The notes under the pieces were generated by a model. That model ran no database searches. It was not told the origin of the DNA and saw only the letters and a program-made list of their open reading frames with translations. Below, piece after piece: positions 54,107 to 62,991 of a stretch of DNA of 64,000 bases. The DNA is from Gammaproteobacteria bacterium (GTDB lineage: Bacteria > Pseudomonadota > Gammaproteobacteria > Steroidobacterales > GCA-2729495). Made by a program: the position numbers and the translations under genes. The stretch is from contig JANQPY010000036.1 of the NCBI GenBank assembly GCA_028285245.1, positions 11,395 through 75,394 on the forward strand. Reading direction: 5' to 3'. Each line of letters opens with the position of its first letter. The stretch's first letter is position 1.

Positions 54107-55693
54107 CTATTCCGCCAGTTCTGCTCCGGACACACCGGCGCGAATGCTGCGCAGATCTCGCAGCGCACTTGCGATGGCGTTATCCACTGCAAACCGCCTG
54201 GAACTCTCTGCGTCCAGCCGGCTGTTCAAGGTTCGGGTGACGCGCCGGGTTTGCCCGGCCTGATCGATGTACTCGAACAGCACAGACTTTACTGTGACCG
54301 GGAGCGGCGTCGGATTTTGAATCTCCGCCAGCAGGCGCCCGCTGTTGTCCGTGCCGACGCGCGCCTTCAGATACTTGGATGGTTTGTCCTTAAGCTCCAG
54401 CCGCATGAGGGAGACGGCTGCTGCGCGCCCGTCCGGAGAATTGGAGCTCGCAGCCGCGGCAAAGAGCTGCATTGCCTCGCCGCGCTGACCTGCCGCAAGG
54501 CGCAGCTCGCCAAGCGCGTTCATGGCCGGTGCCGTCGGCAGGCGATCAATGCTTGCCTGTAAATCCTCGACGGCTTCGCCGGTACGGCCCAGCGCCTTGT
54601 GCGCAATGCCGCGGCGCATGTGTGCGTAGAAATAGCCGGGATTGCGATCGATAGCCCGGGAGTAGTTAATCGTTGCATCTGACCAGCGCTGCTGCGCTGA
54701 ACGGATATCGCCCCGCAGATTGTGGAACAGCGCCTCGTCAGGTTCCTGACGCAGGGCTTGCTGCGCTTCATTTAGGGCGATATCGAGCTTGCCTTCAGCC
54801 AATGCTCGGCGACCGCGGTCATGCGCGTCGTACGCTGATTGGCTGGCACGAATCCTCGCTGTCGCCTGTTGGTAACGGTCGCGAAAATACTCCCCGGTAC
54901 TCGGTAACTCAGCTGCCTTGGCCTGATTGTTCCGAACGCGTTCGGCCGAAGGCGGGTGGCTCGCAAACAAGCCATCGAGCCAGCCCGACTGCCGGTTACC
55001 GGACAGCCGCAGAAACGTTTCCTGCAGCTGCACCGCTGCCTCGGGGTTGTAGCCGGCGCGGCTCATGTACTCCATGCCGTAACTGTCGGACTCACGTTCC
55101 GCGTCCCGGCCATATTTCGTGTTGACAAGCTGCGCGCCTATGCCCGCGCCAGTCATCAGTAGTGATCCGTAATCACTGGCGTTTGCCGCCACAGAGGTTG
55201 CAACCATCGCACCCTGCAGCAGCATGCCGCGCTGCATGGACTGAGCCCCGTGCCGAGCGGCCGCGTGCACGATTTCGTGACCGAGTACCGCTGCAAGCTC
55301 GGCTTCGCTGCCCAGTTCCACCAGCAAACCACGATGAATCGCGATCTTGCCGCCGGGCAGGGCCCATGCATTGGGCGTGGAATCATTGATGACCGCGAAC
55401 TCGTAAGGCAGATCGCGATCGCTGACTGCCGCGAGACGGTTGCCGACCCCGGCCACGTATTCCGTAAGCTCTGCGTCAACTACATAGTCGCCGCCGCCCA
55501 TCTGGCGCATCGGTTCGTACTGCTGCTGGCCGATCTGTATTTCTTCAGCAGTGCTGACGAACGCCAACTCATTCTTACCGGTGACAGGGTTCACCGCACA
55601 GCCGCCCAGCACCCAGGCGGCCAGCATGAGTGTTGCCAGCTGCATGGCCCCGCGGCCCGGAATCACGGTCTGGTTTCGCGTATTCGCCTTCAT
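54107..55693 (-). CDS. M48 zinc metalloprotease with TPR domain (BepA-like), lipoprotein, extra C-terminal beta-rich domain
   Basis: HExxH 'GHEIVHAAARH' and lipobox VLGGCAV. TPR-like repeats follow (ALAEGKLDIALNEAQQALRQEP..., YSRAIDRNPGYFYAHMRRGIAHKALGR...). About 100 further aa are unassigned. Confidence 0.85.
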   Translation of the reverse strand: MKANTRNQTVIPGRGAMQLATLMLAAWVLGGCAVNPVTGKNELAFVSTAEEIQIGQQQYEPMRQMGGGDYVVDAELTEYVAGVGNRLAAVSDRDLPYEFAVINDSTPNAWALPGGKIAIHRGLLVELGSEAELAAVLGHEIVHAAARHGAQSMQRGMLLQGAMVATSVAANASDYGSLLMTGAGIGAQLVNTKYGRDAERESDSYGMEYMSRAGYNPEAAVQLQETFLRLSGNRQSGWLDGLFASHPPSAERVRNNQAKAAELPSTGEYFRDRYQQATARIRASQSAYDAHDRGRRALAEGKLDIALNEAQQALRQEPDEALFHNLRGDIRSAQQRWSDATINYSRAIDRNPGYFYAHMRRGIAHKALGRTGEAVEDLQASIDRLPTAPAMNALGELRLAAGQRGEAMQLFAAAASSNSPDGRAAAVSLMRLELKDKPSKYLKARVGTDNSGRLLAEIQNPTPLPVTVKSVLFEYIDQAGQTRRVTRTLNSRLDAESSRRFAVDNAIASALRDLRSIRAGVSGAELAE

Positions 55694-56149
55694 TCAGTCG
55701 TCTATCGGTTGCGGGTCGATGGTGGGCGCAAAACGGCCTGTAGCGACCCGCCAGACCTGCACGAAAAACACGCCGACCATGGCGGCCTGCCCGATGACCA
55801 GCAGCGCCAGGTGGTAGTCGGCTAGAGACTCGCCAAGCACGGTAGCACGACACCACCAGGCCAGGCCGAACCACAGCGCCGGTGGCATGAAAGAGCACAG
55901 GCCAGCGGCGCCTGCCAACAAGGCGGAAGTCACGATGCCCGCGGCAATGAACAAAGCGGATGGCGATCCGCCCGACGGCTCCATGCCGATCAGAACGGGC
56001 AAATACACCGCGCCGAACATCACCAGAATTGCCGGCAAAGCCGGCCGGGGCCGCAGATGAGCCGCCACAGCCTCCCCCATCGTCTCCGGCAGCCGGCCCG
56101 CGGGAGCCTTCTGCTGGCGTGGGGCTGGTTTCGACAGATTGCTTTGCAT
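55694..56149 (-). CDS. hypothetical integral membrane protein
   Basis: Four hydrophobic segments. The stop codon abuts the ATG of the M48/TPR gene (TGA-ATG), which indicates an operon. Confidence 0.55.
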   Translation of the reverse strand: MQSNLSKPAPRQQKAPAGRLPETMGEAVAAHLRPRPALPAILVMFGAVYLPVLIGMEPSGGSPSALFIAAGIVTSALLAGAAGLCSFMPPALWFGLAWWCRATVLGESLADYHLALLVIGQAAMVGVFFVQVWRVATGRFAPTIDPQPIDD

Positions 56150-56336
56150 GGCGACTTATTCTATCGCCCGCCGCCCTGGAAACCAGCCGGGAGTCGCCCC
56201 CGGGTATGCTGTTTTTGTTTTAACAATCAATGGCATGAATCTGTACCGCCCGTATAGACTGACTAATTTATACACTCTTGTCTATTTTTAGTCATTTGTG
56301 TATCTTTTCGACAATCACGTTCAATCACTCACGCAC

Positions 56337-56960
56337 ATGCCCTCTACCGTAACCACGCCCGCCGAAACCGCCAGCCCCCGTATCCGGCGCCGCCAGGCCC
56401 GCACCCGGGAGGCCATTCTCTCCGCTGCGACGGCACGCTTTGCCGAGAAGAGTGTTGCTCAGGTCAGCGTTGAGGAGATCATCGAGGCGGCTGATGTCTC
56501 CCGGGGTACGTTTTACAAGCTGTTTCAGCACAAGGAAGCCGTGCTGTCGGCGATCCTGCGCCCACTCATTGAAGCTCAGGGCGAGAAGCTCTCCAGGATC
56601 GACGGGCACGACCCATGGGCAATCATTAACGAGATTCTGAACGTCTATATCGAAATTTGGCGAGACGCGCCGGCCGCGTTCTCTCTGGTGCAACGTGAGG
56701 CAGCGCAGTACTTCCACTTGCTGGAGACGGCTCACGGACCCGTGGTCACCCACATGCGGCGATTGTTTCGCCAGATTGAGCCCTCCGGCTTGCTGCGCGC
56801 CGGTAGCGCTGAAGACTCTGTGGTTTTGATGGCCAGATCAGCCGTTGTAATTCTGCGTGTGTTTGCAGACAAACCAGACTGGGAAGAGCGTTTCATCAGC
56901 TCCATGCATGGCCTGCTGCTGAATGAAACTCAGCCCGACAACGGGAAAGACCTGACATGA
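56337..56960 (+). CDS. TetR/AcrR family transcriptional regulator
   Basis: N-terminal HTH '[46 protein letters not shown]'. I prefer ATG 56337. Confidence 0.88.
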   Translation: MPSTVTTPAETASPRIRRRQARTREAILSAATARFAEKSVAQVSVEEIIEAADVSRGTFYKLFQHKEAVLSAILRPLIEAQGEKLSRIDGHDPWAIINEILNVYIEIWRDAPAAFSLVQREAAQYFHLLETAHGPVVTHMRRLFRQIEPSGLLRAGSAEDSVVLMARSAVVILRVFADKPDWEERFISSMHGLLLNETQPDNGKDLT

Positions 56961-57289
56961 CGTATTTGGTGACAGAAGCCTGTATTCGCTGCAAACATCA
57001 GGACTGCGTGCAGGTATGTCCCGTGGATTGCTTTCACGAGGGCCGCAACATGCTGGTCATTGATCCGGAAGAATGCATCGACTGTGGTCTGTGTCTACCC
57101 GAATGCGGCCCGAAAGCCATCATCGAGGACGATGACGATGCCAGCGGCCGCTGGCTCGCACTCAACACCGAGTATTCCCAAGTTTGGCCAGTGATCACCG
57201 ACAAGGGCGATGTGCCCGCAGACGCGGACGATTACGAGGGCATTCCAGATAAGTTCGACAAGTTTTTCGATCCGGCGCCGGCGCGCTAA
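56957..57289 (+). CDS. fdxA: 7Fe ferredoxin (Azotobacter FdxA type)
   Basis: '[18 protein letters not shown]' and '[13 protein letters not shown]' cluster motifs plus 'VWPVIT', matching FdI-type ferredoxins. ATGA overlap with tetR. Confidence 0.9.
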   Translation: MTYLVTEACIRCKHQDCVQVCPVDCFHEGRNMLVIDPEECIDCGLCLPECGPKAIIEDDDDASGRWLALNTEYSQVWPVITDKGDVPADADDYEGIPDKFDKFFDPAPAR

Positions 57290-57357
57290 GCACTGCGAAC
57301 CGACGACATGAATCAACCGACAAGCAACAAGAAAAACAAACGCTGAGGCAACACGTT

Positions 57358-58308
57358 ATGGGCACCGCTACAGGAATTAGCGCCGCGAAATCCAGGCTCT
57401 GGAAACCGCCGGTGGTAGGCATCGCCACCTTTGTGCTGATGTTTATCGCCATCGCGCTGGCACACACGCTGATGGTCTGGATCGAGCATTCGCTTGGGCG
57501 CGACCTCACACTCAAGGTATCCCCGCTCATCGGCTTCAGCGGTATTGTGATGCTCTGGTACGGCATCAAATCGAAGAACGAGAACTTTCAGACCTGGATC
57601 GGGTTCTTCGCCGGCATCATTGTGTGGATGGCGTGGGTTGAGTTCTTCTACATGTGGTACGGCCGCATGAACTGGGGCATGTTGCCACGTATGGATGGCG
57701 CCGACGGGCTTAGCGTCAGCGGCACGTGGCCGGAGTACATGATCATGGGCTCCACAGTGGGCATCCTGATGATGATGCTGTGCTTCTACACGTTCGATAA
57801 AGACACCCGTTGCAATATGTTCGTCTGGTTCCAGAAGCATCTGGGATTGCGTGAAGGTCTTGGGCCGAGCACTAAAACGGCAAGAGACCGCAACTACGCC
57901 ATCATCACCTTCATGGAAGTGTTCTTCGTCACCTGGTTCTGCTACTCATGGAATTTGTTGTGTTTCGACCCCGGTCTGGTTGGGTCGGACACCGCCTTTA
58001 AGGCGGTCAACCTGGCCTCCATTTTCGTTGCCACAATCTGGAGCGGATTCTGCTTCACACGGCTAATCCGCTATAAGCGCACGTCGACCGCGCTGCGCTA
58101 CGCAATTCCGGTAGGCAACATCTTCTGGGTGAATGTCGAGGTGATGAGTAAGTTCGGCCTGCTCACCGAAATCTGGGTGGATCCATGGACATACACCACG
58201 GAAATGGCGGTCGTGTTCGCCGCCTTTGTCGGCCTGATCTTTGCGCTGTGGATGGCGCCCAAGAAAGAGGCTGAGGTCGGCAACTGGAAGAATCAGGGAG
58301 CAGGTTGA
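57358..58308 (+). CDS. Trp-rich polytopic membrane protein, unknown family
   Basis: About 8 hydrophobic segments. My hand count gives about 18 Trp in 316 aa. I recognise no motif. Confidence 0.6.
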   Translation: MGTATGISAAKSRLWKPPVVGIATFVLMFIAIALAHTLMVWIEHSLGRDLTLKVSPLIGFSGIVMLWYGIKSKNENFQTWIGFFAGIIVWMAWVEFFYMWYGRMNWGMLPRMDGADGLSVSGTWPEYMIMGSTVGILMMMLCFYTFDKDTRCNMFVWFQKHLGLREGLGPSTKTARDRNYAIITFMEVFFVTWFCYSWNLLCFDPGLVGSDTAFKAVNLASIFVATIWSGFCFTRLIRYKRTSTALRYAIPVGNIFWVNVEVMSKFGLLTEIWVDPWTYTTEMAVVFAAFVGLIFALWMAPKKEAEVGNWKNQGAG

Positions 58309-58706
58309 TGAGCAGGCAACTGAAGATGCGCATCCGTGCCCTGCTGACAACGCTGTTCATAGGCTTTGCGATGAGCGGCACCGTCTCTGCGGACGGGCTG
58401 AAACTGCCGGCCGGCATGGGTGGCGTTCCGGACATCGGCGCGATTCCCTGCAATGTGTTCACGGAGATGCTGGTGATCGGGCCGCTAGGCACGCGCCACT
58501 CGTTGCTCACCTGGGCCAACGGCTACTACTACGGCACCACCGGCAAGACCATTGATGAGCTCCTGGCGATGGCTGCATCAGCCGGCCAGCAGTGGGACTT
58601 CTATCGACTCACAGATCATCTGGCAGCGTTCTGCGAGAAGAATCCGGACGCCATCACCCGCGCGGCAGCAATGGATCTTGCCAACGAGCTGGCCTCGGGG
58701 GGGTAA
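58305..58706 (+). CDS. small exported two-Cys protein (HdeA-like pattern, tentative)
   Basis: ATGA overlap with the upstream gene and signal peptide MRIRALLTTLFIGFAMSGTVSA. '...PCNVF...W.NGYYYG...AAFCEKNPDA' resembles the HdeA/HdeB Cys...Cys layout. The family call is weak. Confidence 0.5.
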   Translation: MMSRQLKMRIRALLTTLFIGFAMSGTVSADGLKLPAGMGGVPDIGAIPCNVFTEMLVIGPLGTRHSLLTWANGYYYGTTGKTIDELLAMAASAGQQWDFYRLTDHLAAFCEKNPDAITRAAAMDLANELASGG

Positions 58707-58824
58707 GCCCGTTGCCGCGGCAACTGCACGCGGGCCGCGCACCGCAGAATCTGCGCTCAGCCATGGTGGCCGTGTACACGGTTCCCCGGCCAGGCAGGTG
58801 TGATTCGCAGTCAGCCGGGTTCGC

Positions 58825-61800
58825 TCAGCGAGGCGCCGCGACCCGATCCAGGGTTGCATAGAGTACCGGCACCACCAGCATAGTCAGCAGGGTGGCAAAG
58901 CCGAGCCCGAACGCAATCGTTACTGCCATTGACACAAAGAACGCATCCGGGAACAGCGGCGCCATGCCAAGTATCGTTGTCGCCGCTGCCATTGCCACCG
59001 GACGCAAACGGCTGACGGCTGAATCGAGGATGGCAACATACTTTTCCTTGCCAGCCCCGATCTCAACATCGATCTGATCGATCAACACGATCGCATTCTT
59101 GATCAGCATGCCGCTGAGACTTAAGAACCCAAGCGTTGACATGAATCCGAACGGCTGTCCGGTCACCAGCAGTCCGAACGTCACGCCAATCAGCGCCAGT
59201 GGCACCACCAGCCAGATGATCAGCGTCTGTTTCAGTGCGTTAAACAAGGCCACTGTGATCAGGATCATCAGCAGCAAAAATACTGGAATACTGCCAGCAA
59301 GCGATTCTCTGGCATCCGCGCTGCTCTTGTACTCTCCCCACCACTCGAGGCTATAGCCCTCCGGCAGCTCTATCGCTTCAACCTTTGGCCGAATCTTGTT
59401 GAACAATGGATTGGCTTCCCCAACGCGAGGATCTGCCAGCGCAGTTATCGTGCGCTTGCGATTGATGCGCCAGATGATCTCGTCCTCAAACTGCGTCTCA
59501 AATCCGCTGACGACCTGGCGCAGTGGAATCATTCTCTGCGCAGCGGGACTCCAGATCTGCATGTTGCGAATGCTGTTCAGATCAAGCCGCTGAGAGTCTG
59601 GTGCACGCAAGATGATCGGCAGCAGCTCATCACCCTCGCGAAATACTCCCACGCGCGCACCTTCAAAGCCCTCCAGCAGCGCCGCGGCAACGTCGCGACT
59701 GGTGATTCCGTTCAGGGTCGCCTGCTCCTCCGCCAGCACGGGCCGAATTAGCTTGACCCGTTCGCGCCAGTCCGTGCGTACGCCAAAGGCATTCGGTTCC
59801 GTGTGCATGGCGGCCTCAGCCTGGGAAGCCAGACTGCGCAACACGTTGAGCTCCGGCCCCATAAACTTGGCTTGAATCTTGCCCGGCTCGCCGGGTCCAA
59901 GCATGAACTTACGAGCCTGCGGAATGCTCCCGGGATAGGCGGCCTCAAGATACAACTGGATCTCTGCCATCAGTGGCTCAACCGAACTGTAGTCATCTAC
60001 ATCGACCAGAAATTGGGCGTAGGCAGGGTTCTGTTTCTCTGCTGCATAGGTCAGCAGAAACCTCAGCGCACCAGCGCCGACCACGGTGGATACATGGGTG
60101 ACCCCGTCGAGACCCAGCAAATACTTCTCGATCTCCGCGGCATCAGCCGTGGTCTGATCAATGTGCGTTCCTTGCGGCAGCCAGTAGTCCACCATGAACT
60201 GAGGGCGCGTAGAGTTAGGAAAAAAGCTCTGCTCGACCTTGCCGAACCCGAACAGGGAGAGCGCAAACACACCGATGACAAAGGCCAGAGTCAGCCATCG
60301 TGCACGGATGCAGATTGCCAGAGCACCGCGAAAGCGTCCGTAGAAGCCGCCAGCATAGGGATCCAAGTCCCCCTGCGCGTCGGCTTTGAGAAACATGACG
60401 CCGAGCAGTGGGGTGATGGTTACCGCCGTGACCCAGCTCAGCAACAACGAGATCATGATCACGGTGAACAGGGAGCGGGTAAACTCACCCGTACTATCCG
60501 CAGACGTACCGATTGCCGCAAAGGCCAGCACTGCAATCACGGTCGCACCTAATAGCGGCCATGCGGTTTGTGAAACCACTTCGAGGGCCGCCTTGCGCCT
60601 GTCGACACCCTGCTGAAGCTTGATGAGCATGCCATCAACGACCACGATGGCGTTGTCCACCAGCATACCGAGCGCAATGATGAGCGCACCCAGAGAGATA
60701 CGCTCAAGCGTGACGCCCACCAGGTCCATCAGAATAAAGCTGCCGGATATAGTGAGGAACAAGACAAAGCCGATGAGCAACCCGCTGCGCAGTCCCATAA
60801 AAAACAGCAGCACGACAACAACAATGGCGACGGCCTGGATCAGACTGTTGACGAAACCACTGATTGCGACCGTGACTGCTTCGGACTGCAGCGACACGAC
60901 GCCAAATTCAATGCCCAGGGGAATATCAGGCACGAGCTCAAGCATGCGCGCCTCGATTGCCTCGCCCATCTCCACGACGTTGCCACCGGATGCTGTGGAG
61001 ATACCGATACCGATCGCCGGGTTGCCATCGTAGCGTAGCCGGGTGGAAGGCGGCTCCAGGTAGCCACGCCGGACGTCGGCGACATCACGCAGATAGATTT
61101 GTGCGCCCCCCGGCTCGCCGGACAATAGCAACGAACCGAAGTCCTCAACCGAATCAAACACGCCGGTCGGCGACAACGTTATGAATTCGCTACCCACCTT
61201 CACCTGCCCGGCATCGCTGACGATGTTTTTCTGCTGCAGACGATCGACAATCAAGGCCGGTGGAATGCCGAGCTGCGACATGCGTTCAGGGTTGAGCTCG
61301 ACATAAATGACCTCGGGCTGCAGGCCAAAGATCTCGATCTTGGCAACGTCCTTGACCAGCAAGAGCTCACGCCGAATGAGCTTCACGAAATCCCAGATCT
61401 CCGCCGTTGTGTACTCGTCTCCGTAAACGGCCAGAAAAACGCCATAGACATCACCAAAGTCATCGTTGACAACCGCGGGTCCTGCGCCTGGCGGCAGATT
61501 GCCCTGGGCATCATTGACCTTGCGCCGCAGCTCATCCCAGACCTGCGGCAAGGTCTCCTTGTCGTAGCTGTCCTGGATGGTGGCCGTAACGATTGACAGC
61601 CCGCGCGAGGATCGCGACTTGATCTGATCGAGCTGACCAAGCTTTTGCACCGCGATCTCTATCTCGTCAGTCACTTCCTCCTCAACCTGGGCCGCGGATG
61701 CGCCCGGATATGCCGTGACGACGAGCGCGTCCTTGATGGTGAACTCGGGGTCCTCCAAACGGCCCATGTTGTTGAACGACACCAGCCCACCGAGAATGAG

Positions 61801-61860
61801 CACGGCAGTCAGCACCAGTGTGGTGACCCGGTTGTCCAGACAGAATTCAGTGAGCTTCAT
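58825..61860 (-). CDS. RND efflux transporter, inner-membrane permease (AcrB/HAE1-like)
   Basis: 1011 aa with the N-terminus 'MKLTEFCLDNRVTTLVLTAVLILGG' and 12 TM segments in a 1+5/1+5 layout around two large periplasmic loops. Confidence 0.93.
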   Translation of the reverse strand: MKLTEFCLDNRVTTLVLTAVLILGGLVSFNNMGRLEDPEFTIKDALVVTAYPGASAAQVEEEVTDEIEIAVQKLGQLDQIKSRSSRGLSIVTATIQDSYDKETLPQVWDELRRKVNDAQGNLPPGAGPAVVNDDFGDVYGVFLAVYGDEYTTAEIWDFVKLIRRELLLVKDVAKIEIFGLQPEVIYVELNPERMSQLGIPPALIVDRLQQKNIVSDAGQVKVGSEFITLSPTGVFDSVEDFGSLLLSGEPGGAQIYLRDVADVRRGYLEPPSTRLRYDGNPAIGIGISTASGGNVVEMGEAIEARMLELVPDIPLGIEFGVVSLQSEAVTVAISGFVNSLIQAVAIVVVVLLFFMGLRSGLLIGFVLFLTISGSFILMDLVGVTLERISLGALIIALGMLVDNAIVVVDGMLIKLQQGVDRRKAALEVVSQTAWPLLGATVIAVLAFAAIGTSADSTGEFTRSLFTVIMISLLLSWVTAVTITPLLGVMFLKADAQGDLDPYAGGFYGRFRGALAICIRARWLTLAFVIGVFALSLFGFGKVEQSFFPNSTRPQFMVDYWLPQGTHIDQTTADAAEIEKYLLGLDGVTHVSTVVGAGALRFLLTYAAEKQNPAYAQFLVDVDDYSSVEPLMAEIQLYLEAAYPGSIPQARKFMLGPGEPGKIQAKFMGPELNVLRSLASQAEAAMHTEPNAFGVRTDWRERVKLIRPVLAEEQATLNGITSRDVAAALLEGFEGARVGVFREGDELLPIILRAPDSQRLDLNSIRNMQIWSPAAQRMIPLRQVVSGFETQFEDEIIWRINRKRTITALADPRVGEANPLFNKIRPKVEAIELPEGYSLEWWGEYKSSADARESLAGSIPVFLLLMILITVALFNALKQTLIIWLVVPLALIGVTFGLLVTGQPFGFMSTLGFLSLSGMLIKNAIVLIDQIDVEIGAGKEKYVAILDSAVSRLRPVAMAAATTILGMAPLFPDAFFVSMAVTIAFGLGFATLLTMLVVPVLYATLDRVAAPR

Positions 61861-61884
61861 GATCTGCGCCTGGCATGCGCCGAG

Positions 61885-62991
61885 CTAGTCAAGCTCGCGC
61901 ACCTGCATGCCTGGGCGGAGATTGTGCACACCGGAGGTAGCGATCCTGGTGCCCGGAGCCAGGCCGCTGCGAATACTGATGTCTGCGCCGGTGAGCTCCC
62001 CGACCTCGACCGGAGTTTGCGCAACGGTCATGTCGTCCCCGCGGATCGTCCACACGTAAGCGTTGCCATCGGCATCGGCCGCCACAGCCTGAGCAGGTAT
62101 CGTTGAAGGCGCTCCGCTGCCCAACTCCTGAATGGCACGCATCAACACCTTGCCTGTCATGCCTGGCGTCACGTTGACATCGTCCGGCGCATCAAAACCC
62201 AGTGTGACGTTATACGTGCGGGTCACCGGATCGGCCGTTGTCTCATAGGACTTCACGTAAGCACCAAACGCATCGGCCATGGTTGCCGGAATCTCGACCT
62301 TGGGCTCGAGACGCTCGGTGAACTGATCCTTAGTCAGGTCGGTTCTCGCCAGGGCTACATCCTGCTCGGGTATGGCAATACTCATCTCGAGAGAGGAAAC
62401 ATCCTGCACAACCAGCACCGCTTGTTTTGCCTGAATATTGGCAAAATCCCGGACCAGTTTTTGTGCCACGACACCGGCAAAAGGCGCTCGCAACTCGGTG
62501 TCATCAAACTGCTTGCGCGCCGCCCGCAGCGAAGCAAGACTCACCTCAAGGTTGCGCCGGGCCAGATCAAGATCCTGGCGGGTCACTGCATCGTCGTTAT
62601 AGGCCTGCTCGTAACGCGCGAAGTCCGCCTGCGCAGCGTTCTTGTCGGCAATCGCTTTGTCGAGCTGGGCCTGAAAATTTCGCGGGTCCAGCCGGGCCAG
62701 CAAATCACCTTCCTGTATTTCATCGCCTTCCTGAACCAGAAACGCTTCAATCCGCCCGGACACCTCGAAGGCCATATCCGAACGCTGCGCTGCCTCTACA
62801 GTGCCCGGATATTCCCGGGTCTGGTCTTCGCTCATCGACCCGAAAGTAAATATTTTGACCGGCCGAGCGACGGGCTCGGCAGGTGGTGCTGGCTCCTCGC
62901 CGCAAGCCGCGACCAGTGCTCCGCACATCAGGATTAACAAGGGTTTCGAATTTCTGTTCACTGCTTCGTGGGCTCCGCAGTCGAATCCCAA
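61885..62991 (-). CDS. RND efflux periplasmic adaptor (membrane fusion protein), lipoprotein
   Basis: Lipobox GALVAACGEE. The lipoyl/hairpin/beta-barrel pattern is present, e.g. 'FEVSGRIEAFLVQEGDEIQEGDLLARLD'. Confidence 0.9.
   Translation of the reverse strand: MGFDCGAHEAVNRNSKPLLILMCGALVAACGEEPAPPAEPVARPVKIFTFGSMSEDQTREYPGTVEAAQRSDMAFEVSGRIEAFLVQEGDEIQEGDLLARLDPRNFQAQLDKAIADKNAAQADFARYEQAYNDDAVTRQDLDLARRNLEVSLASLRAARKQFDDTELRAPFAGVVAQKLVRDFANIQAKQAVLVVQDVSSLEMSIAIPEQDVALARTDLTKDQFTERLEPKVEIPATMADAFGAYVKSYETTADPVTRTYNVTLGFDAPDDVNVTPGMTGKVLMRAIQELGSGAPSTIPAQAVAADADGNAYVWTIRGDDMTVAQTPVEVGELTGADISIRSGLAPGTRIATSGVHNLRPGMQVRELD

Noticed and set aside
56260-56294. Calling a defined TetR operator
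   Set aside because: Only a 7-bp inverted heptamer with a 21-nt spacer is present, and the adjacent ATACAC/GTGTAT pair is not in palindromic register. I mention it as a hypothesis inside the operon finding, not as a feature.
58711-58724. 14-bp perfect palindrome GTTGCCGCGGCAAC between the convergent HdeA-like and RND genes, as a terminator or operator
   Set aside because: It has no flanking T/A tracts and would form only a short stem with no loop. It could be chance in GC-rich DNA, so I noted it but did not call it.
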